DNA of 64,000 nt from a virus: IMG/VR virus record IMGVR_UViG_3300045988_090087, one strand, 5' to 3'. Positions 15,417 through 24,115 of the stretch are shown one piece after another. The notes under the pieces are model-generated. The model was not told the origin of the DNA. It saw only the letters and a program-made list of their open reading frames with translations, and searched no databases. The translations under genes were made by a program, and so were the position numbers. The number at the start of each line of letters is the position of its first letter. Position 1 is the stretch's first letter.

Positions 15417-15860
15417 ATGTGTTGGATAGAAATTTTAAGAAATGTAAAATATCAAGTTGCAGATAAAGATATTGAAGTTTATAAAATAGTTACATTGGCT
15501 AATAAGCAATCGTGTGTATCTATCATTAAAAACTTTAATTATACTGCAAATATATTATATAAAATACCAACCCTTGAATGTAATGAGATAGCTAGAAGGT
15601 ATGGGACGCTTAAGATAGAAAAAGCTTATCATAGTTATACTGGAGTACAATTTGTATGTAATTCTGCTTTTCACAAAGTCAAGGGGATATATAGATGCAA
15701 ACGTATGATATTCGGAAATAGAAGAATGTTTATACCTTTTGAAAATGATAGTTATATAGCAACTTTTATAATTCCTAAAGGCGCTGTCTATACTATTAAT
15801 AGTTGTGGGGAAATTGTGTCTGATAAAATCATTTATACTGGTAAATATTTAAAATTATAA
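15417..15860 (+). CDS. 'MC' family paralog 1
   Basis: MCWIE...; shared motifs DI.VYK, YHSY, FIIPKG..Y..N..GE.VS..IIYTGKY. Confidence 0.7.
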   Translation: MCWIEILRNVKYQVADKDIEVYKIVTLANKQSCVSIIKNFNYTANILYKIPTLECNEIARRYGTLKIEKAYHSYTGVQFVCNSAFHKVKGIYRCKRMIFGNRRMFIPFENDSYIATFIIPKGAVYTINSCGEIVSDKIIYTGKYLKL

Positions 15861-15863
15861 ATT

Positions 15864-16301
15864 ATGTGTTGGATAGGTACAGGTCCTGCTAGAATAGCAG
15901 AAAGAGATATTATAGTATATAAACTTGGATATATAATTGAAACTACTAAAGAGTTTTTAAGTTTATACCAAAGTTATATGTATTGTCCAAAAGGATTAAA
16001 TAGAGTAACTACGTTAGTTCCTATAGTAGATGGGGTAAAATTACCCCAATTATTACCTTCTAATTTAGGAATAATTTACTCAGGTTATCATTCTTATAAA
16101 AGTATATCTTTACCTTTTAATGAGATAGGGATTGCTTCTAGGACAATTTTATTGGGTAATACTAAAGGATGTATAAATATGCGTAATAGGTATTACGTGG
16201 CAACTTTTATTATACCTAAAGGTTCTACATATTATGAAAATTGTGGTGAAGAATTAGTTTCTTCTAACATTATTTACACAGGTAAATATATAAAATTATG
16301 A
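15864..16301 (+). CDS. 'MC' family paralog 2
   Basis: MCWIG...DIIVYK...GYHSY...FIIPKGSTYYEN.GEELVSSNIIYTGKY. Confidence 0.7.
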   Translation: MCWIGTGPARIAERDIIVYKLGYIIETTKEFLSLYQSYMYCPKGLNRVTTLVPIVDGVKLPQLLPSNLGIIYSGYHSYKSISLPFNEIGIASRTILLGNTKGCINMRNRYYVATFIIPKGSTYYENCGEELVSSNIIYTGKYIKL

Positions 16302-16519
16302 AAAAAGCATTATTAATTATAGGATTATTATTAATTGTTACTTTAGTTAATAGTTATAACTATCCTGACACGTGGACAGGTAAGAGAAGCTGGGCTTATG
16401 AGAATAAAACATTAGAAATAATGTATGATTCTAAAAAAAGACCTCATAAAATAGTTATTTATTCTAAATTTAAAGAAGGAATGACAGCTATTGATTTGGA
16501 TGCCAATACATATAAATAA
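16298..16519 (+). CDS. Secreted small protein (signal peptide)
   Basis: MKKALLIIGLLLIVTLVNS-YNYP... Confidence 0.6.
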   Translation: MKKALLIIGLLLIVTLVNSYNYPDTWTGKRSWAYENKTLEIMYDSKKRPHKIVIYSKFKEGMTAIDLDANTYK

Positions 16520-16521
16520 TT

Positions 16522-16740
16522 ATGCCTTGGTTTATTCAATTAATAATGGCTATATTTATGATAATACTTTATATTGCTATATTTATGGAAATGTATACTA
16601 GTTCCAGTTATTCAGATAAACGAATATTGTATAGTTTTGGAATAGGAACGTATAGTACACTTTTATTGTTATTTTGGATATTACAATATAGTATTCATCA
16701 TACAATCATCTATTGGAGAATTATAGAATTATTTAAATAA
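16522..16740 (+). CDS. Small integral membrane protein
   Basis: Two hydrophobic segments. Confidence 0.55.
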   Translation: MPWFIQLIMAIFMIILYIAIFMEMYTSSSYSDKRILYSFGIGTYSTLLLLFWILQYSIHHTIIYWRIIELFK

Positions 16741-17054
16741 TGATTATACGTATATATGATTATAATGGTAAAGGTAAGTTAGTTAAAATACCAGATAACT
16801 GTGAATATATTGAATTTGATATACTTAATGGTGATATGGTATTGACTTATCCTATACAAGTTGATGCTTGTGATGAACCTCGCAAATGGATAGAGAATGA
16901 GGGTCACTATAAATTAACTAAAGATAAGTTTAATAAGTTATGGCATTTAAAAAGGGATGTTTTAACATTTCAAAGAGTCATCTGTTTAGCTAGAAACAGA
17001 ACTTTTAGAGAAGAAGATTATTCTCCTCTACTTAATTTATTTCTTAAATGGTAG
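16740..17054 (+). CDS. Hypothetical protein
   Basis: ORF track; the TAG stop has an in-frame TAA 3 codons later. Confidence 0.55.
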   Translation: MIIRIYDYNGKGKLVKIPDNCEYIEFDILNGDMVLTYPIQVDACDEPRKWIENEGHYKLTKDKFNKLWHLKRDVLTFQRVICLARNRTFREEDYSPLLNLFLKW

Positions 17055-17076
17055 AAAACAATTTAATAATTAAATT

Positions 17077-17472
17077 ATGTGTTGGTCAAATTATATGGCA
17101 ACTCCAATTGTATTGAAGAAGCCTTTAAGAGTTTATAAAGTAGGTAAATTAACAACTTTAGGTATCTTTATAAGTCAATATCAAAATTTTAGGTACTATA
17201 AATCTCAGATTATGCCTACAGTAAAGATAAGACCTAAATTTGAAAGGTATAGATCTGTTATGGGATGTGTGGGAGAACTTTGGAATTATGATCGTTTTTA
17301 TATACATGAAGGTTATCATTCATACTTAACTGAAGAAATGGCTAAGGGTAGAATGTGTTATGCTGAAATAGGAATATTTGAAATTCCAGTAGGTGCTACT
17401 GTATATATCAACTATGCATATAGAGAAGTAGTTAGTACTGATATTAAATATTTAGGATTATTAGAAGAATAA
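17077..17472 (+). CDS. 'MC' family paralog 3
   Basis: MCWSN...LRVYK...GYHSY...FEIPVGATVYIN...EVVSTDIKYLG. Confidence 0.7.
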   Translation: MCWSNYMATPIVLKKPLRVYKVGKLTTLGIFISQYQNFRYYKSQIMPTVKIRPKFERYRSVMGCVGELWNYDRFYIHEGYHSYLTEEMAKGRMCYAEIGIFEIPVGATVYINYAYREVVSTDIKYLGLLEE

Positions 17473-17479
17473 CCAATTT

Positions 17480-17615
17480 GGGGGATACCTATATAGTCGC
17501 GAATATTATAGGACAGATTGATAAGAAACGGAAACAATAAGCTGGGGTAATTCTAGTAACCCCCAGGAATTTGTAAACGAAAGTTTCAAAGTACGTTAGA
17601 TTCGTAAATCCCCCA
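17480..17615 (+). ncRNA. tRNA-like RNA element 1 (136 nt)
   Basis: A 7-bp terminal helix (GGGGGAT/ATCCCCC) abuts a T-arm-like TACG-TTAGATT-CGTA. Also a 6-bp hairpin CCTATA..TATAGG and the internal motif AGGACAGATTGATAAG..CGGAAAC. Confidence 0.4.
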
Positions 17616-17652
17616 CTGCGAAGTTTCAATCGTTGTACCTAATTAGGGAAAA

Positions 17653-17754
17653 GAGAAGTTACCTACATAATCCGGAGTATGTAGGACAGGTGATAAGGCG
17701 AAACATGATTATTATCTAAGTAGTCGAAGTACGTTCGATTCGTATTACTTCTCC
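17653..17754 (+). ncRNA. tRNA-like RNA element 2 (102 nt), paralog of element 1
   Basis: GAGAAGT/ACTTCTC terminal helix; GTACG-TTCGATT-CGTAT; hairpin CCTACA..TGTAGG; motif AGGACAGGTGATAAGGCGAAAC. Confidence 0.4.
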
Positions 17755-17788
17755 AAAGTCTTTGATGGACTGAAATGCCAGGTTTCAT

Positions 17789-17826
17789 AGGAGTATATTA
17801 GCTAATTAGTTAGTATACTCCTTTTT
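17789..17826 (+). terminator. Rho-independent terminator after the tRNA-like pair
   Basis: AGGAGTATA..TATACTCCT followed by TTTT. Confidence 0.6.
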
Positions 17827-17854
17827 ATGTTTAAGTATTTTAAAGATTAAGTTT

Positions 17855-18310
17855 ATGTGTTTTATTAAGACAAAAGAAAGTAAATTATTAATAGCAAAAA
17901 GAGATATTATAGTTTATAAAGTAGGAATATATGCAGATGTACAAATGTTTACACCATACTTTATGACTGATTATTGTTATAGAAGAAAAGCACTTGCTAA
18001 TCAAACTGTAACATTTAATAAAAACTATATTAACATAGGTTTACATAGTGTATTATCTTTAGAAGGTTGTTATGCATCATTAATTGGCTGTATACGTTTT
18101 TTCTCTAATGGAAGTCGTATTCCTTTTATTGTTGTAAATGTTTTATGTAATCATGTTTATATAGGAAAATTTATTATTCCAAGAGATAGTTTATATATGG
18201 TTAATTCTCATAATGAAGTAGTATCTAATAGGCTTATTTATACAGGTGAATTTAAATACATTAATAAGAATGAAAATTTTAATATTAAAGATTTATGGAA
18301 AGAAAAATAG
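17855..18310 (+). CDS. 'MC' family paralog 4
   Basis: MCFIK...DIIVYK...GLHSV...FIIPRDSLYMVNSHNEVVSNRLIYTGEF. Confidence 0.7.
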   Translation: MCFIKTKESKLLIAKRDIIVYKVGIYADVQMFTPYFMTDYCYRRKALANQTVTFNKNYINIGLHSVLSLEGCYASLIGCIRFFSNGSRIPFIVVNVLCNHVYIGKFIIPRDSLYMVNSHNEVVSNRLIYTGEFKYINKNENFNIKDLWKEK

Positions 18311-18906
18311 GTGAAATATTTACTTATAATGGTAAAATTTATCAGGTAGTAAAATCTGATATATGTGCGAATTGTGCATTTAGAGAGAACGATTGTAGTA
18401 TTCTTAGATCACGTATAGGTCTATGCGTCTCTAGTATAAGATTTGATAAAACTAATGTAGTATTTAAAGAAATAAAAATGGAAATAAAGAATAATCAATT
18501 AACTATTGATATTCCTGAAGGAATGGAGATAGATACAGAGAATAGTAGTTTAGCTGAAGGAATAATTAAGTTTAAATCTAAGTATATCACTTATAGTAAG
18601 ATAATTAATTCCTTTAATTCCATGACTAATACTAATGTTTATATACATAGTAGTGATACAAAGGCACTTAAAGCTATAGCACGATTAATGAATATTGCTA
18701 AATATTACAATGGAGATTGGAATCCAGACTGGAGTGATCCAAGTGAATATAAATATTTTATTGTGTATAACAGTAATATCTATAAAGTAGATTATAATTG
18801 GACATCTATTTATGATAGAATCTATTTTAAAAATAAAAAAGATGCTCAAGCAGTAATAGATAATCCTAATTTTAGAGATATTCTTGATGCCATTTATAAA
18901 AATTGA
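18295..18906 (+). CDS. Hypothetical protein
   Basis: ORF track. Confidence 0.6.
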   Translation: MERKIGEIFTYNGKIYQVVKSDICANCAFRENDCSILRSRIGLCVSSIRFDKTNVVFKEIKMEIKNNQLTIDIPEGMEIDTENSSLAEGIIKFKSKYITYSKIINSFNSMTNTNVYIHSSDTKALKAIARLMNIAKYYNGDWNPDWSDPSEYKYFIVYNSNIYKVDYNWTSIYDRIYFKNKKDAQAVIDNPNFRDILDAIYKN

Positions 18907-18908
18907 TT

Positions 18909-19301
18909 ATGGAAACATTAGAAGAACTAAAAAATACATATAAGAAATTACAAGAAGAAAGTAATAATCTTTATAGTAAAATTAAAGCACTAGAAAAGAG
19001 AAATGCAATTTCTAAGTTTACTGTTGGTGATTGTTACTTAAATACAAAATGGGATGATTTAATAAAAATTGTTTCGATAAAAGATAATTACATATATTAT
19101 ATATGTTTAGATAAGGATTGTATCACTAGAGACTATTCTTATATATATGATATTGAAGATTGGGAAAAGATTACTCCTCACCAATTTAAAGATGCTTATC
19201 TTGCTGTAATGAAGGATTTTCAAGATCCAGATTTTGAAGAAAGACCAGAATCTAATTGGAATACAGTTTATAACTCTATTGTAACTAGTGTTAATAGCTA
19301 A
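18909..19301 (+). CDS. Hypothetical protein
   Basis: ORF track 18903..19301; the first ATG is at 18909. Confidence 0.6.
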   Translation: METLEELKNTYKKLQEESNNLYSKIKALEKRNAISKFTVGDCYLNTKWDDLIKIVSIKDNYIYYICLDKDCITRDYSYIYDIEDWEKITPHQFKDAYLAVMKDFQDPDFEERPESNWNTVYNSIVTSVNS

Positions 19302-19303
19302 TT

Positions 19304-19447
19304 ATGAATACTAGATTATCAGATTTAGAGCAACTAGTTTCTGAGATAAAAAAATTTAGACCTGATTGTAAAGTGGCTATCGATTACTTGAATAAAGTAA
19401 TAGATAAACTTAAATATGAAGATATAATATACAATATGTTTTATTAA
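19304..19447 (+). CDS. Small hypothetical protein (47 aa)
   Basis: Hand-translated; the ATG is 2 nt after the upstream stop. Confidence 0.35.
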   Translation: MNTRLSDLEQLVSEIKKFRPDCKVAIDYLNKVIDKLKYEDIIYNMFY

Positions 19448-19460
19448 AATTAAGTAGATT

Positions 19461-20447
19461 ATGGAACAGAAACTTAATATAGCAGAAATCTTGAAGAATA
19501 AACCAAGGGGTACTAAATTGTATTCTATGATTCATGGTAAATGTAGTTCTGAAGCAGTAACAGATGAAATTTTTAAAATAAACTTCTGTACTTCAAAATT
19601 TGGTTTAACACAATCTGGAGAATGTACCTTAATTAAATTTGGTAATATGTATGATGGCGGAGAATGTATTATCTTCCCATCTAAGGAAATGCGTGATTGG
19701 TCTAAGTTCCAATGGGAAAAAGGTGATGTACTGATAAGTAATGATGGTGGCACAGAGGTTATCTTTGACGAATGGTACGATGATACTTATACAAGTTTTT
19801 ATTGTAAGCATTACCTTAACAGTGAAGATAAGAATAAAATCGTATATTACGAAGAATTCTTATGCACAACTGAAAGATATTCCCTTGAAGATAAGGATAT
19901 TGCTCAGACCTACATTAACACCATAGAGAAGCGTTTGGATGGCAAGCTCAATCTTGAAACTTTGGAGATTGAAAAGCAACCAAAGTTCAAGGATGGAGAT
20001 ATACTTAGTTGTGATGAAAACTCATTTACAAAACATACAACTTTAATACTTCATAAGGATGAAAATATAACAGAATCAATAGTTTCTTTGATTAGACATA
20101 AGAAACTTGTTGAAACTAATGTACCTATAGATAATTTTCTTCTTTCAAGACTTTATCCTGCTAGAGAAGATGAAAAGAAAGAACTTTTTGATGCCCTTGC
20201 AAAGGAAGGAAAAGCTTGGGATGCTGAGAAGAAAATAATTGTTAACTTGAAGCATAAGTGCGAGTTTAAGCCATTCGATAAAGTATTGGGACGAAATGAG
20301 AAAGATGATGTATGGGAAGCTGACCTCTTTTCTCATTATAGAGAAGAATCACAATATCCTTTTCGGTGTATCGGATGTAGTCGTAAGTATTGTATTCCTT
20401 ACGAAGGTAATGAACATCTTCTAGGCATAAGAAATAATCCTGAATAG
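19461..20447 (+). CDS. Hypothetical protein (328 aa)
   Basis: ORF track; TAG stop. Confidence 0.65.
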   Translation: MEQKLNIAEILKNKPRGTKLYSMIHGKCSSEAVTDEIFKINFCTSKFGLTQSGECTLIKFGNMYDGGECIIFPSKEMRDWSKFQWEKGDVLISNDGGTEVIFDEWYDDTYTSFYCKHYLNSEDKNKIVYYEEFLCTTERYSLEDKDIAQTYINTIEKRLDGKLNLETLEIEKQPKFKDGDILSCDENSFTKHTTLILHKDENITESIVSLIRHKKLVETNVPIDNFLLSRLYPAREDEKKELFDALAKEGKAWDAEKKIIVNLKHKCEFKPFDKVLGRNEKDDVWEADLFSHYREESQYPFRCIGCSRKYCIPYEGNEHLLGIRNNPE

Positions 20448-20451
20448 TACA

Positions 20452-20539
20452 ACCTCCACGACACAGAATGAGCGAAAGTAAGTTAAGGCTTTATGCCCAT
20501 ATACCTTCTTAGCTCCCGCACAATACTGGTCGTGGAGGT
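20452..20539 (+). ncRNA. Candidate structured intergenic element
   Basis: An 11-bp perfect closing helix (ACCTCCACGAC / GTCGTGGAGGT) encloses a 66-nt GC-richer core. Confidence 0.3.
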
Positions 20540-20559
20540 CATTATAAAACTTAAAAAAT

Positions 20560-20922
20560 ATGATAGATAAGAAAATAGAAGAAGCTGCACGACGCAATGC
20601 TGATAAATACAGAAATTATCCAACTCTGTCCGATGAAGATAGAGATAAAGTTAGCATAGGCTCTTTTATGGATTGCGCTAAGTGGATGCGAGAAGAGTTC
20701 TTGAAGGACTTGTGGCATCATGCTAGCGAAAAGCCAAACATTAAGCAAGGAGAATGTTGTGTTACATGTTTGGTTAAGTTTAAAAATGAAAGTACGGAAT
20801 TATGTGTATATTTCCGTAATCCAGAAGGATGGGTATGTGATGATATGAGTCCTAAAGATTTTAAAAGAAATTTTAAGGGATGGCTTTATATTGATGATTT
20901 ACTTCCAAAGAAAGGAGATTAA
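20560..20922 (+). CDS. Hypothetical protein
   Basis: ORF track. Confidence 0.6.
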   Translation: MIDKKIEEAARRNADKYRNYPTLSDEDRDKVSIGSFMDCAKWMREEFLKDLWHHASEKPNIKQGECCVTCLVKFKNESTELCVYFRNPEGWVCDDMSPKDFKRNFKGWLYIDDLLPKKGD

Positions 20923-20923
20923 T

Positions 20924-21154
20924 ATGAGTGGATTATTATCAATGATTGGCATGCAAACTGAATTGAACTATCTGATAGGCGATTTCCCTGCATGCTTTGG
21001 AAGTACACCATTAGCTATTCCGAAAGGCAACATTCCCTCTGACAATCAGAAGTGTCAGTCAAAGGCACAGCATGAGTTCACCATCAAGGGGATAAAAGTT
21101 ATGGCTGCTTCTAAGAAGAATGCTATAAAGAAGTATAATCATCATAAAAAGTAA
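20924..21154 (+). CDS. Hypothetical protein
   Basis: ORF track 20891..21154; ATG at 20924 right after the upstream stop. Confidence 0.5.
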   Translation: MSGLLSMIGMQTELNYLIGDFPACFGSTPLAIPKGNIPSDNQKCQSKAQHEFTIKGIKVMAASKKNAIKKYNHHKK

Positions 21155-21159
21155 AGCAT

Positions 21160-21348
21160 ATGAAACATAAATTGAGAATGATATGGCGAATCCTCCGTGA
21201 CAGACAGGTTGTAGTAATAACTGAAAGTTACGGAAAGATGTACTATGCTTGGGACACAAGAAGTCTTGAAGATGTTTGTCAAATGTGCCACAAAGTACAC
21301 GATCTGGCTTATATGATGTATAAAAAAAGTATAATGTACATATGCTAA
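21160..21348 (+). CDS. Hypothetical protein
   Basis: ORF track. Confidence 0.5.
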   Translation: MKHKLRMIWRILRDRQVVVITESYGKMYYAWDTRSLEDVCQMCHKVHDLAYMMYKKSIMYIC

Positions 21349-21515
21349 GAGAAGATGTTAGAGGAATCTGTCACAGACCATGTATCTATAATGATAAAGG
21401 TAGGTGTGATATGTGGGATGAATTATCTGTTCCTGATGAATCAGAAAAGTGTGATAATCAAATAGATGTTTAACTCCTTCGGTCTAGGAATTAATCACTA
21501 AATGAAGATGTAGAT

Positions 21516-21848
21516 ATGAATATAATTACATTTGGCAAATATAAAGGTATGCCAGTTACAAGAGTTCTTAGAATTGACCCAAGTTACTTTGGATGGTGCA
21601 AGAACAATGTACGTTGGTTCAAATTTTCTAAAAGAGACTACGAAATATACTTGGAATGGTTATCTTTACAACAAAATCATTTGCAATTCACAGGATATTC
21701 TGATGATATGGGTAATATTAGATTCCTTTTTAGAAAAGTGGAAGAAGGCAAGTTTAATGCTTACTCTGATATGGAATATCTTACTAAAGAGACGTGTGGT
21801 GAATATCTAAAAAGTACAAAAGAACATTATTTTAGCAAACATGTTTAA
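21516..21848 (+). CDS. DUF3820-like small protein
   Basis: FGKYKGMPVTRVLRIDPSYFGWC matches the FGKYKG...DP.Y..W signature as I recall it. Confidence 0.5.
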   Translation: MNIITFGKYKGMPVTRVLRIDPSYFGWCKNNVRWFKFSKRDYEIYLEWLSLQQNHLQFTGYSDDMGNIRFLFRKVEEGKFNAYSDMEYLTKETCGEYLKSTKEHYFSKHV

Positions 21849-21875
21849 CCGTTATTTGGCATAAATAGAAGTAAT

Positions 21876-22121
21876 ATGAATAAAAAAGTAATTGAGATTG
21901 TACGTAAGTATGTTGAGGAGTACTTAGATAAGAGTGATCCCAAACAAGAGTATGATGTGTATGTAGTATGGCAGTGCTACATTCTTGGTAATGCAAAGTG
22001 GTTGCTCTCAACAACACTACCTGATGGTATGTACTACGAGGTGACATACAATAAGATTAAGGATGAGTTCTACCTAGATGCTTACAAGAAGTTTGAGAAT
22101 CGTTGTATTCCAAACAAGTAA
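21876..22121 (+). CDS. Hypothetical protein
   Basis: ORF track. Confidence 0.55.
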   Translation: MNKKVIEIVRKYVEEYLDKSDPKQEYDVYVVWQCYILGNAKWLLSTTLPDGMYYEVTYNKIKDEFYLDAYKKFENRCIPNK

Positions 22122-22143
22122 TTAATAATAATTTAATAATAGT

Positions 22144-22440
22144 GTGATTAAGAAATTTAGAAAAAAGCCAGTTACTATTGAAGCTATTAGATTATTAAAT
22201 AACGATGATTCAATAGAAGAATGTATCGAGTGGGTTTTTAAAATAGGAATGGAAACATCTTTAATTGGAAAATCAGCAACCATTGATGATGTTAAAGATA
22301 AAGGTGGGTTTTATATTCCAACATTAGAAGGTAATATGAAAGCTAATATTGGTGATTACATCATCAAAGGTATAAACGGAGAGTTCTATCCTTGTAAGCC
22401 TGATATTTTTGATAAGACTTATGAGAAAGTAACAGAGTAA
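22144..22440 (+). CDS. Hypothetical protein (GTG start)
   Basis: ORF track. Confidence 0.55.
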   Translation: MIKKFRKKPVTIEAIRLLNNDDSIEECIEWVFKIGMETSLIGKSATIDDVKDKGGFYIPTLEGNMKANIGDYIIKGINGEFYPCKPDIFDKTYEKVTE

Positions 22441-22452
22441 TATATAAATAAT

Positions 22453-22716
22453 ATGAAAATACAAGAAATGATTGAAGCCATTAAAAATGGCAAAAAAGTA
22501 AGACGTGAATGTTGGAGTGGAGATAAATTTCTTTATTATGTTCCATCGGCAAGCTATCCAGCTAGGACAGGTATAGAAACCTCTATTGCTGATAAAGATG
22601 GAAAAGTTCTGTATAAGGAATACATTGCTATTCGCTGCAAAGATGGTGATGTTGGATTCTATACTCCAACTCAGTGTGATATCTTAGCAGAAGATTGGAA
22701 AGTTATAGTTGAGTAA
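22453..22716 (+). CDS. DUF2829 / Tad2-like protein (candidate anti-Thoeris sponge)
   Basis: MIEAIKNGKKVRRECW...YIAIRCKDGDVGFYTPTQCDILAEDWKVI matches the DUF2829 N- and C-terminal signatures. Confidence 0.6.
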   Translation: MKIQEMIEAIKNGKKVRRECWSGDKFLYYVPSASYPARTGIETSIADKDGKVLYKEYIAIRCKDGDVGFYTPTQCDILAEDWKVIVE

Positions 22717-22761
22717 TTAACTACTCTTTCCTATAAAAGGAAAAAGATAAAATAAAAGAAT

Positions 22762-23016
22762 ATGGTAATTTGGTTAATATTAGGAATTCTTCTTGTGATT
22801 CTTGCTATCTGTTTAGAAATAGCAATCATACATGAATCTGATGAAAAAATAGGTATTATAATATCTTATGTCGGATTTATAACTGGTTTATTACTTATTA
22901 TTGGATACATAAATAGTAGACCACGAGCAATCGATGTATATAAAGGTAAAACTGAATTACGTATCACATATGAAGGGAATATACCAGTAGATTCTGCGGT
23001 AGTTTTTAAAAAATAA
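22762..23016 (+). CDS. Small membrane protein
   Basis: Two hydrophobic segments. Confidence 0.55.
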   Translation: MVIWLILGILLVILAICLEIAIIHESDEKIGIIISYVGFITGLLLIIGYINSRPRAIDVYKGKTELRITYEGNIPVDSAVVFKK

Positions 23017-23022
23017 AATAAT

Positions 23023-23181
23023 ATGGCACAAGAAGGATGGATATGTCCTAGGTGTGGTAAGGTAAATGCACCTTGGGTAATGCAATGTTCCTGTAATAGG
23101 AACACTCAGATATTACCTAAAGTCGGTGCTCCTTACTATGAAGGAGACCAAGCAACATGTAATACAAAGGAGAGAAAGTAA
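23023..23181 (+). CDS. Small zinc-ribbon-like protein (52 aa)
   Basis: Hand-translated: WICPRCGKVNAPWVMQCSC. Its stop overlaps the next ATG (TAATG). Confidence 0.45.
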   Translation: MAQEGWICPRCGKVNAPWVMQCSCNRNTQILPKVGAPYYEGDQATCNTKERK

Positions 23182-23321
23182 TGAGCAAAATTAAGGAATT
23201 ATTAAGTCAAGCATTCAGTCAGCTTGGTGAATACAATAAAGGCGGTGCTACTCAGCATAATCTCCTTTGGAAGGCTATGGGCAATATTGAGGATGCACTT
23301 AAAGAGTTGGAGGATGAATAA
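23181..23321 (+). CDS. Small hypothetical protein (46 aa)
   Basis: Hand-translated; TAATG overlaps at both ends. Confidence 0.4.
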   Translation: MSKIKELLSQAFSQLGEYNKGGATQHNLLWKAMGNIEDALKELEDE

Positions 23322-23659
23322 TGGGTAAAATAAATGTTAAAAAGTCAATTCTAGAAATTGTCGAAAAGAATAATCTAGAAATACTCAAAATAGACCTATA
23401 TAATGATGAAGAATCTTTTGCTAGGTCTTATAACAGAGAAAGAGACGAGTATTGTAAAACTTATACTACTCTAAAGGACTTAGATTTTGAGGTAGAATTT
23501 ATCTTTGTGTATGATGTGGTTCGTGGTATGGTTTATTGTCAAGATAAAGATACTAAAGAACCTGTATGGATAGTGTCTTGTGGTGATGAAGGAGGTTCTT
23601 GGTGGGAAGTAAATAGAGTTCCAGAGTTTTACAAAAATCAATCTAAAACTAAAGAATGA
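23321..23659 (+). CDS. Hypothetical protein
   Basis: ORF track. Confidence 0.6.
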   Translation: MGKINVKKSILEIVEKNNLEILKIDLYNDEESFARSYNRERDEYCKTYTTLKDLDFEVEFIFVYDVVRGMVYCQDKDTKEPVWIVSCGDEGGSWWEVNRVPEFYKNQSKTKE

Positions 23660-23769
23660 AGCACTCCTACGAAATTAAAACTGTCTATGTTGGTCATAGA
23701 GTGTATAAAATAGGTAATGGATTCTCAATCCGTGTTAATATTACTATAAAAGAAATAAATAGAATATGA
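23656..23769 (+). CDS. Small hypothetical protein (37 aa)
   Basis: Hand-translated; ATGA overlaps at both ends. Confidence 0.35.
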   Translation: MKHSYEIKTVYVGHRVYKIGNGFSIRVNITIKEINRI

Positions 23770-24110
23770 CTAAAGAAGAAGTAGAAAGGAATGCAGAAAG
23801 ATGGCTAGAAATTATTAGATCTTTTATAGATAAAAGGGACAAATTAAATGTAAGACGCGATGAGCTACTTCAAGAAATGAAACAATTTCAAGAAGACTAT
23901 ATTAAAGCCTTGCCTGTTAAAATTGGAGATAAGATTATGGATGAGGATGGACGTGTAGGTCAGCTTTCCAGAATAGTTCCATATCGTTCACCATCGGAAA
24001 GGTTTATGTGTGCGACATTGAGTTTGACCCTTTTCTTCCATATGGAGAAAAAAGATGGTACTTATGACAATCGTGAAGTTTATGTTCATGGTTTTCCAAT
24101 CAAATTATAA
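23766..24110 (+). CDS. Hypothetical protein
   Basis: ORF track. Confidence 0.6.
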   Translation: MTKEEVERNAERWLEIIRSFIDKRDKLNVRRDELLQEMKQFQEDYIKALPVKIGDKIMDEDGRVGQLSRIVPYRSPSERFMCATLSLTLFFHMEKKDGTYDNREVYVHGFPIKL

Positions 24111-24115
24111 TTAAT

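Noticed and set aside
17685-17705. Hammerhead-ribozyme core in GGTGATAAGGCGAAAC of the tRNA-like elements
   Set aside because: The CUGANGA box is not satisfied (TGATAAG has A where the invariant G8 is required), and no three-stem junction could be drawn.
21532-21810. ORF 21532..21810, overlapping 21516..21848 in another frame
   Set aside because: The longer frame carries the recognisable FGKYKG...DPSY motif, and the overlapping frame has no features of its own.
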